Source: Camelus ferus (lineage: Eukaryota). From it: 64,000 bases of DNA. The notes beneath the pieces are model-generated. The model saw only the letters and a program-made list of their open reading frames with translations, ran no database searches and was not told where the DNA came from. This document shows, piece by piece, positions 39,945 through 52,173 of this stretch. A program made the position numbers and the translations under genes. The stretch is taken from contig NC_045697.1 in NCBI RefSeq assembly GCF_009834535.1, forward strand, positions 99,574,001 to 99,638,000, given 5' to 3'. Position 1 is the first letter of the stretch. Each line of letters starts with the position of its first letter.

Positions 39945-40744
39945 CACCTAACAGCTGCTTTGTGACAGAGTAGCTTGGACTAAGAAAGCAACTTGGGTAA
40001 TATCCTGTTCATCTGCTTCCAGGAATGTGCCGTCACCCACCCATACCCTCACCACAATGGAGCCAAATGAAAGTCCCTAAAAATCTGCGTGTAATAACAC
40101 GGACATGGAGCCTGTACTGTGGACACTTTCATCTTAAATTAAATTGGAGGAGGCTCAGAATAGAGTTTGCATTCAGGCTGTCTAACTTGTTGATAAGATA
40201 CAAAGTGTATCATGCCAGTTAAAGATGAGAATAAAGCAGGTTTGGAAATTTTGCAAAAAAAGAATTTGAAATGTCAAAATTTTAAGGTCAAGAGGATATA
40301 CCAGTTGCCAGTGAGATTCTGTTCTAAATCAGAAAATAAAAGGAGTAAATAAAAGTTCTGAGTGGAATTTTTAAGTTTCCAGCAAAAGTGTTCAATTCAA
40401 TATCCTTCCTGTGGTTGTAGGTAGTTTGGGGACAGTGCTTCCAGCGTAGCTTGTGGTTTGTTTAATTTTTGTGTGGTCCAGGCCCCGCCTCCACCAACAC
40501 ACACACAAAGACCTGAACAATCGGTTACAGGTAGTTGTCTAATCTCTCCCCCGGAAGCTTTGAAGGTGCTTCCAGCTGCATCAAAGTGCTTCATTGCTCT
40601 GTGCATCTCTGCCCAACTTCAAAGCCTAGCTGCAGGAACTTGCAGTGTGGTCTACCTTGTAGTTCTAAAGGATTTATTACTCTCTAGTTATTGTGCAAAT
40701 TTTTATGGAGATACCCTGGTATCTTTCTTGACTCACCACTTAGC
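39945..40744 (-). pseudogene. Pseudo-exons (about 40529-40744 and 39945-40130)
   Basis: TLQVPAARL*SWAEMHRAMKHFDAAGSTFKAS. gatgaacaggatattacccaagttgctttct resembles the RGS C-terminal M.E.D.YP.FL.S once indels are allowed. Confidence 0.42.
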
Positions 40745-41074
40745 CTTGCAGTAGCTTCTCCTAGTGATGATTAAGGACTGTCTAGGAAAATTATCCACAG
40801 GAATAGGTTAGGGTCAAGACTGCCTGAGACTAAAATCCTGTGGACTTTAGGTCCTTTCAATGTCTGTGACGCCACACCCTGTTCAACTATTTGAGAAGGT
40901 TTTACCAGCCCAGCAGCTGGGGAACTTTCCCTTAAGAGCCTAAAAGGAGCTAATTAGTTTGATTTAAGTTGTAGTTAAAGAAAAAAATAATTGTCACCTT
41001 CATAAAAACTAATGGTAAAGGATTGTGAAAGGGATGAGAGTCTTGAGATATAAGAGCAAATAGATACTCTAGGA

Positions 41075-41278
41075 CAGGCTGTCTGATAGAAATTTCTGCA
41101 ATGATGGAAATGTTCAGTAACTCTGTGTTGTCCAGTACAGTAGCCCCCAGCCTCATGTGGCTGCAGAGCACTTGAAATATTCTCAGAATGACTGAAGAAC
41201 TGAATTTTCAATTTTACTTAATTTTAATTAATTTAAATTGTCATAAATGGCTAGTGGCTACTGTATGGGCACTCATGG
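41075..41278. mobile_element. MER3-like hAT element
   Basis: gctgtc..atagaaatttctgcaatgatggaaatgttc...ggctagtggctact. TSD ctctagga / ctctaaga. Confidence 0.85.
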
Positions 41279-41720
41279 CTCTAAGAATTAACAGTATGTA
41301 TGTGTCTGTGTGTCTGTGTGTGTTTAGAAAATATAGAATCTGATGTGGAAGAAAAAGAGGAAATGGAAGAAAAAATAATGCTCACTTGGATCCTACTGGA
41401 AAAATCCTTCTGACCTGTTGCCATAATATCTCCACCCAGGCAATAAGGAGATTCTAGCAATCAGTCCCAAAGAGAACAGTGTCATCGTGCATTTCCATTA
41501 ATCACTCAGGAACAAGGCTGCCATACCCACACACAGGCTGGCACTTCCCTGCATTCACGCCTCCTGATGGATAGCATGTCAAGTAACCGTGTGCGAAGCA
41601 ATGGACAAGGGGGAAAGGTAATGAAATTGCCTCCTCATTGACCAGCCCAAGCCAATCACATGTCATGGTGCATGGCTGTTACTTTTATACATCAAGGGTG
41701 CCTTATACCAGGTAAGTCAC

Positions 41721-41915
41721 CCGCCCCTTTAAAGCGACATAAATCAGGAGTTGTACAACTGGAAAGGGGTCATCACAAGGCCACAGGAATCTCAGGCCTG
41801 TCCACTGGGCTGGTCTGATATGGGCCTTGAAATCCTTCCCTGAGCTGGCAAAAACACAGGATTTTGAATACTTTGTTGGGGGACTCCAAGCCCTGTGAAT
41901 GCTGCAGGCAACCTC
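41721..41915 (-). pseudogene. Pseudo-exon (RGS C-terminal helices)
   Basis: Acceptor ttccttcctcccttccatcAG, donor cgg|GTgact. EVACSIHRAWSPP, then after a frameshift SIQNPVFLPAQGRISRP. Confidence 0.62.
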
Positions 41916-42270
41916 CTGATGGAAGGGAGGAAGGAAATGCCGAGAAATGGGAGAAACATGGATGGGAGCTTCTGTATGTGTGAGGGGAGATCCCTGCTGG
42001 TGTGAGGCTGGGGGCTCCAAACAGCAGCAGGAAGACAGTCCCCCCGCTCCTTTTCCCCACTTGCTCCCCTAGGTTCATTTCCCATCTACCTTCTAATTAG
42101 GAAACACCAGAGAAATCTTGGAAAGTATAAAGAACCAGACATTAATCAGTTTTTCTCCTTCCGGGAGAAAAAAAAAACCTTGTAAATTAACCCACATTTC
42201 ACTTCTGTGAAGTTGCCGTTTTTCCTTTCCCCCCGATGTCCGCATCTGGGCACGGTGTTAAGCATGGTAC

Positions 42271-42470
42271 CGAAATGTTTAACAGCGGCTGCTCTGGCTG
42301 CAGCACTTGCTAGTCAGGAGAGATTTGCCTTTTTCATCATGAATTCTTTTGTTTTTCCCTGTGGCCAAGCTGCTACAAAGATGCAGTCAATTTAGATTAA
42401 ACAGCTGAGGAGTGCTATTCAATATGTCAGCCAGGCACATTTCTCGAAATCCAGCGTTCAGCAGGTACAG
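42271..42470 (-). pseudogene. Pseudo-exon (RGS core)
   Basis: Acceptor ctttttttttccaaAG. CLADILNSTPQLF, KKANL, QVLQPEQPLLNIS|GT. Confidence 0.62.
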
Positions 42471-44921
42471 CTTTGGAAAAAAAAGTCAGAAGGCTGTTCA
42501 GGGGCACAGACTTTGGTTTTAAGTCTGGGAACAAGAGCTGGGGTCCTTGGTGTGCAGACACGGGTTTCTCCGTATTCAGCCCAGGGAGCGGTGGGAGCAG
42601 CTTGTGCCCTTTCTTTCTGCCTGTCTTCACCCTTGTCCTGCTCCTCCCCTTCCCCTGCTGCCACTGGTTTCCATCTCCATTGTTCCCTTAAGCCCAGCAG
42701 CCAGTGTGCAGCCAGGCCCAGCACACGCTCCCACAGCCAGCAACTTCCTCTGAAGCTGCAATGCATAATTACAACCAGCTGCTCCAGGCTGCTGGCCGGC
42801 CAGCTCTGCAAACAAGCATCCTGATACCCGGAGTTCCAGGGAGGCAACAGCCTGCTCTTGGCAGCCGCCAATCCTCTGAAGGAAGTGCCCACACCCTTGG
42901 AAGAAGCGAGAGCAGCCCTCCCTTCTTGCTCCTGTAGCTCCCAGAGGCCAGCTGTCTCTTCTCTCTTTCATGTCAGAGAGGGTCATTTTTACTGTTCAGA
43001 GGAAGGCACCCGCTCCATCACCTGTGGCTGCCCTCTCCCTGTTGGCCTATTGTCTGTGCTGGTGCCACCTCAAAGCAGGATGGCATGTCCTAGGCCTAAC
43101 CTGGGGGGCAGGGGCATGAGACCCCGGCTTCCGGTCAGCATCTCAGCGGGGGCAGTCTTGTGAACGTGGACAGCGAGATGAGGGTGGGACATGCACCCTG
43201 CCCTCAGCTAGTGCCAGGCAGAGAGACAATTGATGTTGCTTTAAAAAAAACCACCAGTGAAAATCCAAACAAGCCTGACTGAGCCTCTCTAACTAAGGAG
43301 AGCAGTGTGTGGGCACGAGAGCTGAGGATTCACCCAGGACCCACCTCCAAGCTGTGGGTTCATCTTGGGGCCTCAGTGATCTTTAAGGCTTGGCTACAAG
43401 TATGACTGATCCAAAATTAGGCTTTGAATGTGTAACGCATGCCCCACCCATTGCCTCTCTCTGCCCTCTGCCGGTTCTTCAGAGCCTGGCTCCGAGCCAG
43501 ACCTGGCCCTTCTGGCTCCTGGGGGCAGGGCCAGCTGCAGTGTTCTGTTTCCAGGCAGGGCTTTAGGGTGGGTGAAGGGGCACGGGCTATACAGGAAAAG
43601 GAGGGGAGACAGATGTTTGGGAAGAACACCCAACCCTCAAATTGCTCACCCCATCAACCCAAAGTTGGAGGAGACTCTGCAGGTGGGGCAGGCATGCCAC
43701 CCAGGCTACCCACATTGCTTCTGCCCACCTGTGCCTTCCAGCTTGGGCTCCCAATAGGTCTTCAGCAGGGAGAGCCAAGCCAGGCTGGCTCTGTTGGGTC
43801 CAACAGCAGCCACAGAGGTGGGGAGCAGCTGGGAGCCTACTATTGAAAAGTAGCTGCTCATTTTACAGGGCAACTTCTCAGGGATGCTGGCCCTGGCAGT
43901 AGCAGGTAAAGTGGGGAAGACAGCAGCATCTTCGAGAGGGCCCATCCTCTCCATCTGAGCTTCAGCAGCCAGACCTTGGGCAGCAGCAGCAGCGGGCCAA
44001 CCGTCTGTCTATCCATCACGCTGGGGTTCCCCTTTGCAGCCTCCTTTGTCTCCCTGTTTAAAAATCTCAGTAGAACTTTTTTGCAGAGTGATACTGCGCA
44101 CGGGGATGGGGGCGGGAAGGTTCATCCTTGGAAGGAATTTTGAAGCTACCTGGATTGGCAAGGAGCATGCAGAGTACTAGTCACTCTTGAATGTGTGTTA
44201 AAAATGGGGTTAGTGCCTCATCAGCTGCGGCTTTTCTGCTTCTTCATCAGTCTCTGATAATCTTTGCAATTTAATTCCCCAAAGGAAGGGAAAAGAATAC
44301 CAGTTTAAAGTGCTCTTTGGTGCTCAACCCACGCTCGTCCTTCTGGTGCGTAAGCCTGGGTACACTTTAGAAGCACATACAAAGCAAATGCGTGTCTGTG
44401 AGAGCATCACGACGCAGCTATTACAGCCTGAATATAACTTGTGCAGCTCGACTGGCTCCTCCACTTAGAGCAGCTGGGAGATCACAGAGCCTGGGTAATG
44501 TGATTTGGGGCAGGTTTTTCTTGGGGCTTGCAAAGAGGAACAAGCTTAACAAGCGAACAGTCATGTCTGAGCTTTCACTTTACCGCAGACCTTGCTCGAG
44601 GACATCAGGGATGTGTTGCTTTAGAGGGCTCCGTTCCCAGAGGAGGAGTGGAAGAAGGCACCGACAGACCTGTCCTGTCGGTAAGTGGAGAACAAAGATG
44701 TACAAGAACAGAAAGAGAAAAAAGTTTGGTCTTCAGGATTATAAAAAAATGAAGTCGAGAGGATTAAGCACCAGATTTTGAGACAGGAGACAGATTATTT
44801 TCCTAACTCTGTCCTTAATTATCCGTGTGGACTTGGCAATCCATTTACTTCTCCTGGTTTGAGTTTTCTCATCTATAAAATAGGGGTGATGATCCCATCT
44901 TGCTGCTAATCTACCATGAGG

Positions 44922-44923
<2 letters not shown>

Positions 44924-44960
<37 letters not shown>

Positions 44961-44962
44961 CG
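44924..44962. repeat. (TG)n(CG)n alternating purine-pyrimidine tract
   Basis: Visible directly in the sequence. Confidence 0.95.
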
Positions 44963-45619
44963 GTGAGAACAAGGACTCTGAGAATGTTAAAAGTAATATA
45001 AATCCATTTTGTAGTAGGAGAGTAAACTAGTATGAATGACAGCAGCCACATGTGCATCTTGTACATGCTTAGGCTTATTCGTTTATTATTTAAACAAATA
45101 TTTAGGTCCTACCTTTGACCTGAGGTTCATGGTACAGCAGCCACTGATAAAGACACACAAGGCCTTTTTCAGGTGTAAGATCATCTTCTCATTTAAAAAA
45201 TATACGTTCTGTAATTTTTCACCCATGGGATGGGGTTTTATTTTACCACGTAAAGGGAAGCATGAAGTCTTTCAGGCCCCTTCTAGCATCTCCCAGGGCT
45301 TTACAAAGATGGTTCTGACACTCTGAGAGCCACGTATCGTGTATCACTCTTTCACCAACAGATGGAGAAACTGAAGCATGAACAGGTGAAGCGAGGTCAC
45401 TGAGGGAGCAGGTGATGGACTGGCTTCTGGTCTCTTGCTCCTAACCCTGCTCCACTGTGTCTCTCTCATAAACAGCCAATAACTTTATCTCCAGGCCAAA
45501 CACTGAAAACCAGGACCCACAGCATTTGAGTGCAAAAGGGATCTCCATCCTACGCAGAGCCCAGGGCCTGAGCAGAAACGGAGGAGAGACGAGTGTTACC
45601 ACTGGAGGTGAAAACTCAC

Positions 45620-45794
45620 AGTGATGTGCCAGAAACAAGGAAGTGATGAGAGGAAAGCCCCCTGTGATCAGTCCATCAACTGCTAACAGATCAAGATCAT
45701 ATAAATCTAACAACAGGACTACCTAAATGTTTACTTTTTTTAATAACCTATTTTTGACACTATAGTTAGAGATTTTCCTTCTTTAATATCAGAA
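45620..45794 (-). pseudogene. Pseudo-exon
   Basis: Acceptor cttatttctctgcacAG, donor act|GTgagt. LDLLAVDGLITGGFPLITSLFLAHH. Confidence 0.5.
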
Positions 45795-45989
45795 CTGTGC
45801 AGAGAAATAAGCTGATGACAAAATAATGAAATTTTCATGTGAATGTTCATACGTTGTGATAATGCATATCATCGTGTATAAGTCAACTAAATGCTTAGGT
45901 TGACAACATTTCTACTTAAAAATTGCAGTTGTGACCCATTTTCCTTTTAAATATTGTGTACTCAAATTCATACCTTATCTCTAGGTTTT

Positions 45990-46390
45990 CCAGCAGGCTT
46001 CACCACTCACTAGCTTTGTGACCTTAGGCAACAGCTCTGAGCCTCAAATTTCTTCTCTGTCAGTGGGGTAATCAGGCCTATCTCAGATTTTTTCACTAAG
46101 ATTAAATGGCTTCATGTTTGTAAAAGTTTCGAACACAATCCCTGGTACATAGAGGGTGCTTAGTAAATGCTTTTTCCTTCTTCACCATCTTCGAATATAT
46201 TCCTTATAAAGTGCTTTAATTGTTGGAAATACTTTCATATATACTGCACACAATTCAATATGGTAGCTAAGAGGTGTGTAATTATTCTTGCCAAATATAT
46301 GGGAAAACTCTGTCTCTGAAAGTTTAAGTAATTTGCTCAGAGTCACACAGCAAATTGGTGTGACACGTAAACCTGGCACTTAGTCCTGTG
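45990..46390. mobile_element. Two oppositely oriented MIRs
   Basis: actagctttgtgaccttaggcaa on plus; aatttgctcagagtcacacagc on minus. Confidence 0.75.
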
Positions 46391-46868
46391 ATCCCTAGAT
46401 CTTCCAGAAACTTCCATCTATTGCCACCACTGCCTCTACCTGAATAGAAGCACCTCATTTGCAGTCTACCCCAAACCAATTCCAACTCCCAGGAGGCAGC
46501 TCCTTGGGGCCTCTTCCTGGTCTTCCCTGCACTGCCCCAGCTTCAATCCCACCCCATTCCTCAGGACTCCCCTTTGCCTCCACCTGGGGCTGGATATTCA
46601 GGGACTAATCCCCATGGCAGAGAAGTCAAAACGAATTGGGAAGGAACGTTCTTTTAAACAAAAGGGGTTGACTTAACTACCACCATACACATTATGTTGT
46701 TAAATATCTGCAGCATGATAAAATCATCCCAAATGTCACCAATCCCTCAGGGACTTATTAATAATTAAGCATTTTTAGTTCGCTTAGGAATGCAGATTCC
46801 ATTTAACAAGAGAATGTACACGAAATACATACATTATATCACGGCTTGCAACAGAATATGTTAAGGAC

Positions 46869-47052
46869 CTCAGCTGGGTTTCTTCAGGACAGATGACAAA
46901 GTTAATGCAGGTATCAGCCTTTGATAAAGGCAGCACAAGAGCCCAAAAGCAGCATCCTGGATTTGTGTTTATTAGAAGTGTTTATTAGAATGACTAATAA
47001 TGGAAGAGAGATACGCCAAAAGAAGCCTAAAGGAAACAGAATAGAGAATATT
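46869..47052 (-). pseudogene. Pseudo-exon
   Basis: Strong acceptor ctgccctctatcctgcAG. QIQDAAFGLLCCLYQRL. Contains a 13-bp tandem duplication. Confidence 0.45.
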
Positions 47053-47235
47053 CTGCAGGATAGAGGGCAGAGCAGAGCCCCGGGATCTGAGGCAGAGTGA
47101 ATCACTTATCCTCACATTGATTTTTAGGGTTTTTAAGGACTGGAACAGGTAAAGAAGGCCTTGTTCTCTGTGTTTCACTTAATGAAAAGGCCGCTTACAT
47201 TTTTATATAGCTTACTCCAAAAAATACATGGCCCT

Positions 47236-47238
<3 letters not shown>

Positions 47239-47289
<51 letters not shown>

Positions 47290-47564
47290 GCAAGCACTTT
47301 TCCTTAAAAAGCAGATTTCTTTACTTGCTTTGTCTTCTTTATAACAATATCTGATTCTCTTTTCTTCTTCTCTATTTCCTGGGCAAAGTGAAATACTGAG
47401 TATCTTGAAAGAAAGAAAGAAAGGGAAGCTGACACAAGGTTGCCAATCTTCTTTATCTCTCTGAGAGATTTACTGTTTTTTTTCCAGGCCCACCGAAGGT
47501 CCCTTTTGAAGATGGTCAAGGAGAGAAAGAGACTGAGAGAGAGGAGAGTGTGAGTGAGTGAGTG

Positions 47565-47603
<39 letters not shown>
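47239..47603. repeat. (CA)n at 47239-47288 and (TG)n at about 47566-47603
   Basis: Visible directly in the sequence. Confidence 0.95.
47304..47502 (-). pseudogene. Pseudo-exon (3' end uncertain)
   Basis: Acceptor ccatcttcaaaAG. Completes the Trp codon, then DLRWAWKKNSKSLREIKKIGNLV. Confidence 0.45.
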
Positions 47604-47605
<2 letters not shown>

Positions 47606-47770
47606 TGAGATCTGGGGAAATCGGTGATCCAGCCGCCCTCTGTGGGGTTCTCCAGACTAGCTCTGCAATGTGTAATCTTTTGGGCCTGTTATTTACTCTC
47701 TCTCCCCAGGTCCCCTTCCCTATCAATAGAAGTTTTCATGATCTAGAAATCCCTTCTAGCCTTAGGGTAC

Positions 47771-47935
47771 CAGAAATCTAGGCTTGAAGTAGGGAGGTTT
47801 CTTCTCAATGGTGGCTGAAGAATTTTGCAATATTTTAGCAGAGAAGGACCGTGGATAAATTCTTCCACTTCCCTGTTTCCTAAACTGAAACTGTAGGCAA
47901 AGCAGGCCACTTGTTTCCTCCCTCACTTTCAGGAC
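47771..47935 (-). pseudogene. Pseudo-exon, 165 nt, phase 2-2
   Basis: gccAG|...ttctg|GTac. Reads EEFIHGPSLLKYCKILQPPLRRNLPTSSLDF(W); the Trp codon is split across the intron. Confidence 0.62.
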
Positions 47936-48843
47936 CTGGCAACTTAATAAAAGAGCCATACATTTGGTTGTAAGGGCCCCAACAGAAGAGAAGGATCCTC
48001 TCCTGACCAGGGAGGTCAGAGGGACAGGCTGTCACCAGGACACAGAAACTGCTAGGAAGGTTGTTCTTATGTTCATTGTAACTAACCTGGGGGCCAGAGG
48101 ACTCAGCAAAGCCGAGAAGCAGCAGGACTTAATATGGAAAGTGGACTTGCTTTGCTTTACAGCCTCTACACTTTCATTCAAATGTTATCAGGGTTCAATG
48201 TCCAGCTAGGACTGCCTCCAGGGGACATCTGGTCTGAGAAAGGTATGTCTATAGGAATCACTCCCTCCCTGAGTGTTCTCTAAAACCAGTTCTTTCCAAA
48301 GTTAGACACAAGGTCCAGGCAAGTAGAGACTGTTGAGTAGAGACTCCTACCCTAGTCTCAGGAAGGAATTGACATGGCTGGAGAGGAATGTGGGAAGAAG
48401 TGGGGGGGGGGGGGAGAAGGGAGGGCTATCATGCAGCAGCCTTGGGACAGAGGCAGAGGAGGAGGGGCTGAGTTTCAAAACAATTTGTAGACTTACAGAC
48501 TATAAAAATGGTGGAGGAAAGATGATTTAAAGTCAGATAGATTAATAAACCCAATTATCCTGGGTAGTTTCCTTTAGCCACTGGTTTTCCTATCCTGAAT
48601 GGCACTGTTGCCTTTTCCTGCTCTTAACCAGATCATCCTAAATGACAACTATTTCACCACTGATGGAAGCAGCTGGTGAGGTTTCTCACTTGGCCTTCAC
48701 ACACATACACACAACCACCACCACCCTAATAGTCTGAGGAATTACTGTGCTCTGTCTCTTTAAAAAAAATCCAGAAAACTCTTTGGGTACTGCCGAGGCT
48801 AATCAGTCAGAATTATGCTTATAACCAGGTGGGATCTCATCAC

Positions 48844-49379
48844 CTATGGTTCATAAGTAGTTGCTTCAGATCAGGAGTGAGGATACATATCCAATAGAGT
48901 GTGGCCTCAATCTTTCCCAAATAAACAATATGTGTACATAGGTGCGTGCTGGGGGAGGGGGTTGTTTCCTGGTTGAGCTGCTGTAATTTCTCACACTTTT
49001 GGCTCCTGGCAAAGAGAAGCATCTTTGAGATTTCTAGGGCTTTCTGAGCATGATCACAGGTTTTCCACGCTTGTAGGAGTAGAGTCCAACCAATTCACTG
49101 CATGGGTGATTAAACTGTGGCCCAGAGTTTAGCCAGATTAAGTGTGGTCACCCAGCTGGTTAGCCACAGAGCCAGAGAAGGAACATGGGTCTCTAGCCTC
49201 CTTGTCCTGTGCTCTTTCCACCCAGGTGGATTCCAGGAGATTTGTTCTGCAGAACTTCCATTCCGCTTTGTACTCAGCTGGAGACAATGAATCATATTAT
49301 GGGTTTATGTATCCAAAGTCTTTACCAATCAAATGTTCCCCAGCTCCACTCTCACCCAGGCTGCTGGAAGGCCACGTAT
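48844..49379 (-). pseudogene. Two pseudo-exons (49222-49379 and 48844-49069)
   Basis: AG/GT-bounded. Fragments SSAEQ/NLLESTW, VENL, AQKALEISKMLL, LLDMYPHS*SE. Confidence 0.5.
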
Positions 49380-49969
49380 CTGCATAAGGATATGGCAGGA
49401 GCTCTCTGCTCCCACAGGGCATCTGTTCTTTTTTTTTTTTTTTTTTTAAATCAAAGTCCTTTTCCTTTGCCCCAAGGTTAATTTCTCCTTGGCCTCAATT
49501 TCTTTTATCTCTGTCTACTCACTTATATTAGTATATATGCCAAGACTTAAACACACTACCTTTAAATTTGGGAGATACTAAACACAACTAAATGCAACCC
49601 ACAGCACCTAAAAAATAATCTAAGTTTGTGTGATATTTCTTATGCTCTGCCCTTGGTGATCATATGATGGGTGGGAGCTTTGATGTCATGTCAGTATCAA
49701 CTGTTTCCTTCTGAAGAGGAGGGTGAGCAACTTGCCCAAGAAAAGCTAGCAAAGCTGGAATGGGATGGTCCCCGTAGACTCACTGACTTTTCTTCTTTCT
49801 ATTATGCCACAACACCAACCTGCTAAAGTTGGGTTTTACACCCTCTCTTCATTTTCGTCCAACCCCTGGTAGACAGAGATACCAGTGGTCAGCAAGGTGG
49901 ATGTGGTATGAGCACAGACAGGACAGGGAGAGACAGGATGAGGCCTGAACAACCCAGTCCACACCGCTC

Positions 49970-50690
49970 AACACACTAACCACAAGCCATGTGTGGATAT
50001 TTTAACGAAAAATAATTAAAATTAAATGAAATTAAAAGTTTAGTTCTTCGGTTGCACTAGCTACCTTTCAAGTGCTCAATAGCCACAAGTGGCTAGAGGC
50101 CATTACACTGGGCAACCCGGACATGGGGCATTTCTTCCACCATGGAAACTTCTAGGGGACAGCTCTGCCAGGCCCCAGGCCATCAGGGCCTGAAAAGAAC
50201 AGCCACCATTTACTGAGCCCCAACAGCATGCCAGGCCCTATTGTTGATGTTTTATGCCTATTATTTCATCAATCATCATGAAACCTTTGAAGTATTATTA
50301 TTTGCCTTTGACAGAGGAAGAAACTGATGTCAAACATTCTTAGTAATTTGGCCTTTTGGTTTCATAGTAAATGGCAGAAACATGAACACAGACTTGTTAA
50401 TGGCAAACTATAATATGAGTTCTAGTTTTCTGTAAGGAGCCATAAAGACTGATAATATAGCTAATATTTATGGAGCACCTACTATGTGCTAGGTACTGTT
50501 CTGACAAGTAACACATGAAATCACTGAATCCTCTATAGGGTAGGGAGGATCATTTATCCCATGAAGAAATGAACTTAGAGAGGTTAAGAAACTGTCCTAA
50601 TGTCACCCAGGTAGTAAATGATGGAGTCAGGATGTGAACTCAGGCAGTCTGATTTTAGAAGCCAGGTGCCAATCCACTATGCCACACTGG
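49970..50690. mobile_element. MER3/MER33-like fragment followed by two minus-strand MIRs
   Basis: ttcaagtgctcaatagccacaagtggctag; gaggttaagaaactgtcctaatgtcacccaggtagtaaatg. Confidence 0.7.
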
Positions 50691-50738
50691 TGACTCACTG
50701 GCTGCTGCTTCTATGTTGTATAAAAGGCAAGGACTAAC

Positions 50739-51118
50739 CTGTGGCTTATGACTCCAATCCCTGTTCACAGGGCTGATTGCACTTTCCAGATGGGCTCTCT
50801 CAAAGAGCCAATTGTCAGATGCCTATGCTCAGAAGGATCAGCTCCATTTCTCCTTGCTTCTGGCCAGCAAGGCCTGTTGCTCTCTCTGCTATGCTGCCTC
50901 AGCTAGAAGTCATCATGAAAGTCATGCTTGAGCAAGTTCTGAAAGGAGTCCTGTGGTCTACTTCTTGGAATTGTCCCACCTCAGCTCACCACAGGGCAAC
51001 GTCGAGAGCATCCTGTTGACATTCCTTCTTGACATTTGGTCTGCCCAGCGGACATCCCTTCAGTCCTGGTGGGCTGGCTGCATTCCAGGCATGTTGGTGA
51101 ATCTGTTCCTTTAAAGTT
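50739..51118 (-). pseudogene. Pseudo-exon (RGS N-terminal half)
   Basis: Donor cag|GTtagt. SFQNLLKHDFHDDF*LRQHSRESNRPCWPEA resembles the RGS pattern SF..LL...F..FL..H....L.FW.E. Confidence 0.6.
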
Positions 51119-51237
51119 CTGGTAGGTAATCCTCATGAGCTGACTCAAGAAGCTGGCTGTGATGTTTGTGGCACTGGTCTGTAGATGTCTGTTTACTATG
51201 GTCTAGAACCAGGTGCCAAATAGGCACCATACTCTAC

Positions 51238-52173
51238 CTGCCAGCCTTATCATGATATCTTGATTATTTTTTGCTTTACTTTTATATTGCTTTGATAGTT
51301 TTAGCATTACTGCTATCTGAGAAGAAAAAATTCAATGGAGGTGTTTTTCTTGTATTACAGTGGTGAACATCTTCTGGCTACTAATAGGATTTTCATTAAG
51401 TGGGTTAGCATTTAATCTTGGTCAGCTTTTTGACTTTTCACACCCTTAGCAGAATTATAACTTTGCAGGATGGTCCAAAGTCTTTGGAGGCTGTTTCAAG
51501 TAGGGTGGCTTAGCTGTCACCATATAACAGCTCATAAATGGCTTAAAGAGAGAACCGCCTGTGGGTTGTGAAGTTGGAAGCACCTCCCTAAGAACTTGAA
51601 ACTTAGGCTTCTTGATGTACTTTGGAACAAATAAATACTCAAGCCAGTCTCCAAATATTAATGGTGTGAACTGGCTGTGAGGAATACCAGTAAACAACTG
51701 GCAGAATCTTCAGGGAATCCCATTGCACTTCTTCAGGCAAGTCAATAACAGGTCTTGTGTAAGTCAACTCACATTATTAAAGATTTTTGTAAAATTGGTG
51801 GATACACTGCACTTCCTCTACATGATGTACCACAGATACCACAGGAAAGTCACTCCCACCTCACCCCTGCAGCCCAAATACACAGCCGTCTTTCAAGGGT
51901 ACAACTGACCTTATTATGCAATCACTGGTTTGCCAGGATACTGACATGAACTTTGCTACAACAGAAAACTGTTGGAAGTTTGTAAGAGCTGTCTTAACAT
52001 TCTCACATATTTTTCTCCTCCAAAACGGTGAAGAACTTGAAGTCCTGTTGTATGTTTTTGGCACTCTCCATAACAAAGAATGGTAAATACAGCTATCTGA
52101 GTAGCTTCTTCCATTTCAACTTGAGAATTTCTTCAGGTGCAGGCCCATGATTATAATTCATGACTCCAGCTTC
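51238..52173 (-). pseudogene. Large pseudo-exon or exon cluster
   Basis: Acceptor ttttttctgaccAG, donor cag|GTagag. Fragments KWKKLLR*LYLPFFVMES; IHQFYKNL..RPVIDLPEEVQWDSLKIL; FTPLIFGDWLEYLFVPKYIK. Confidence 0.6.

Noticed and set aside
47239..47603. (CA)n and (TG)n facing each other as a long inverted repeat
   Set aside because: Two common microsatellites; their complementarity is trivial and I see no evidence of function.
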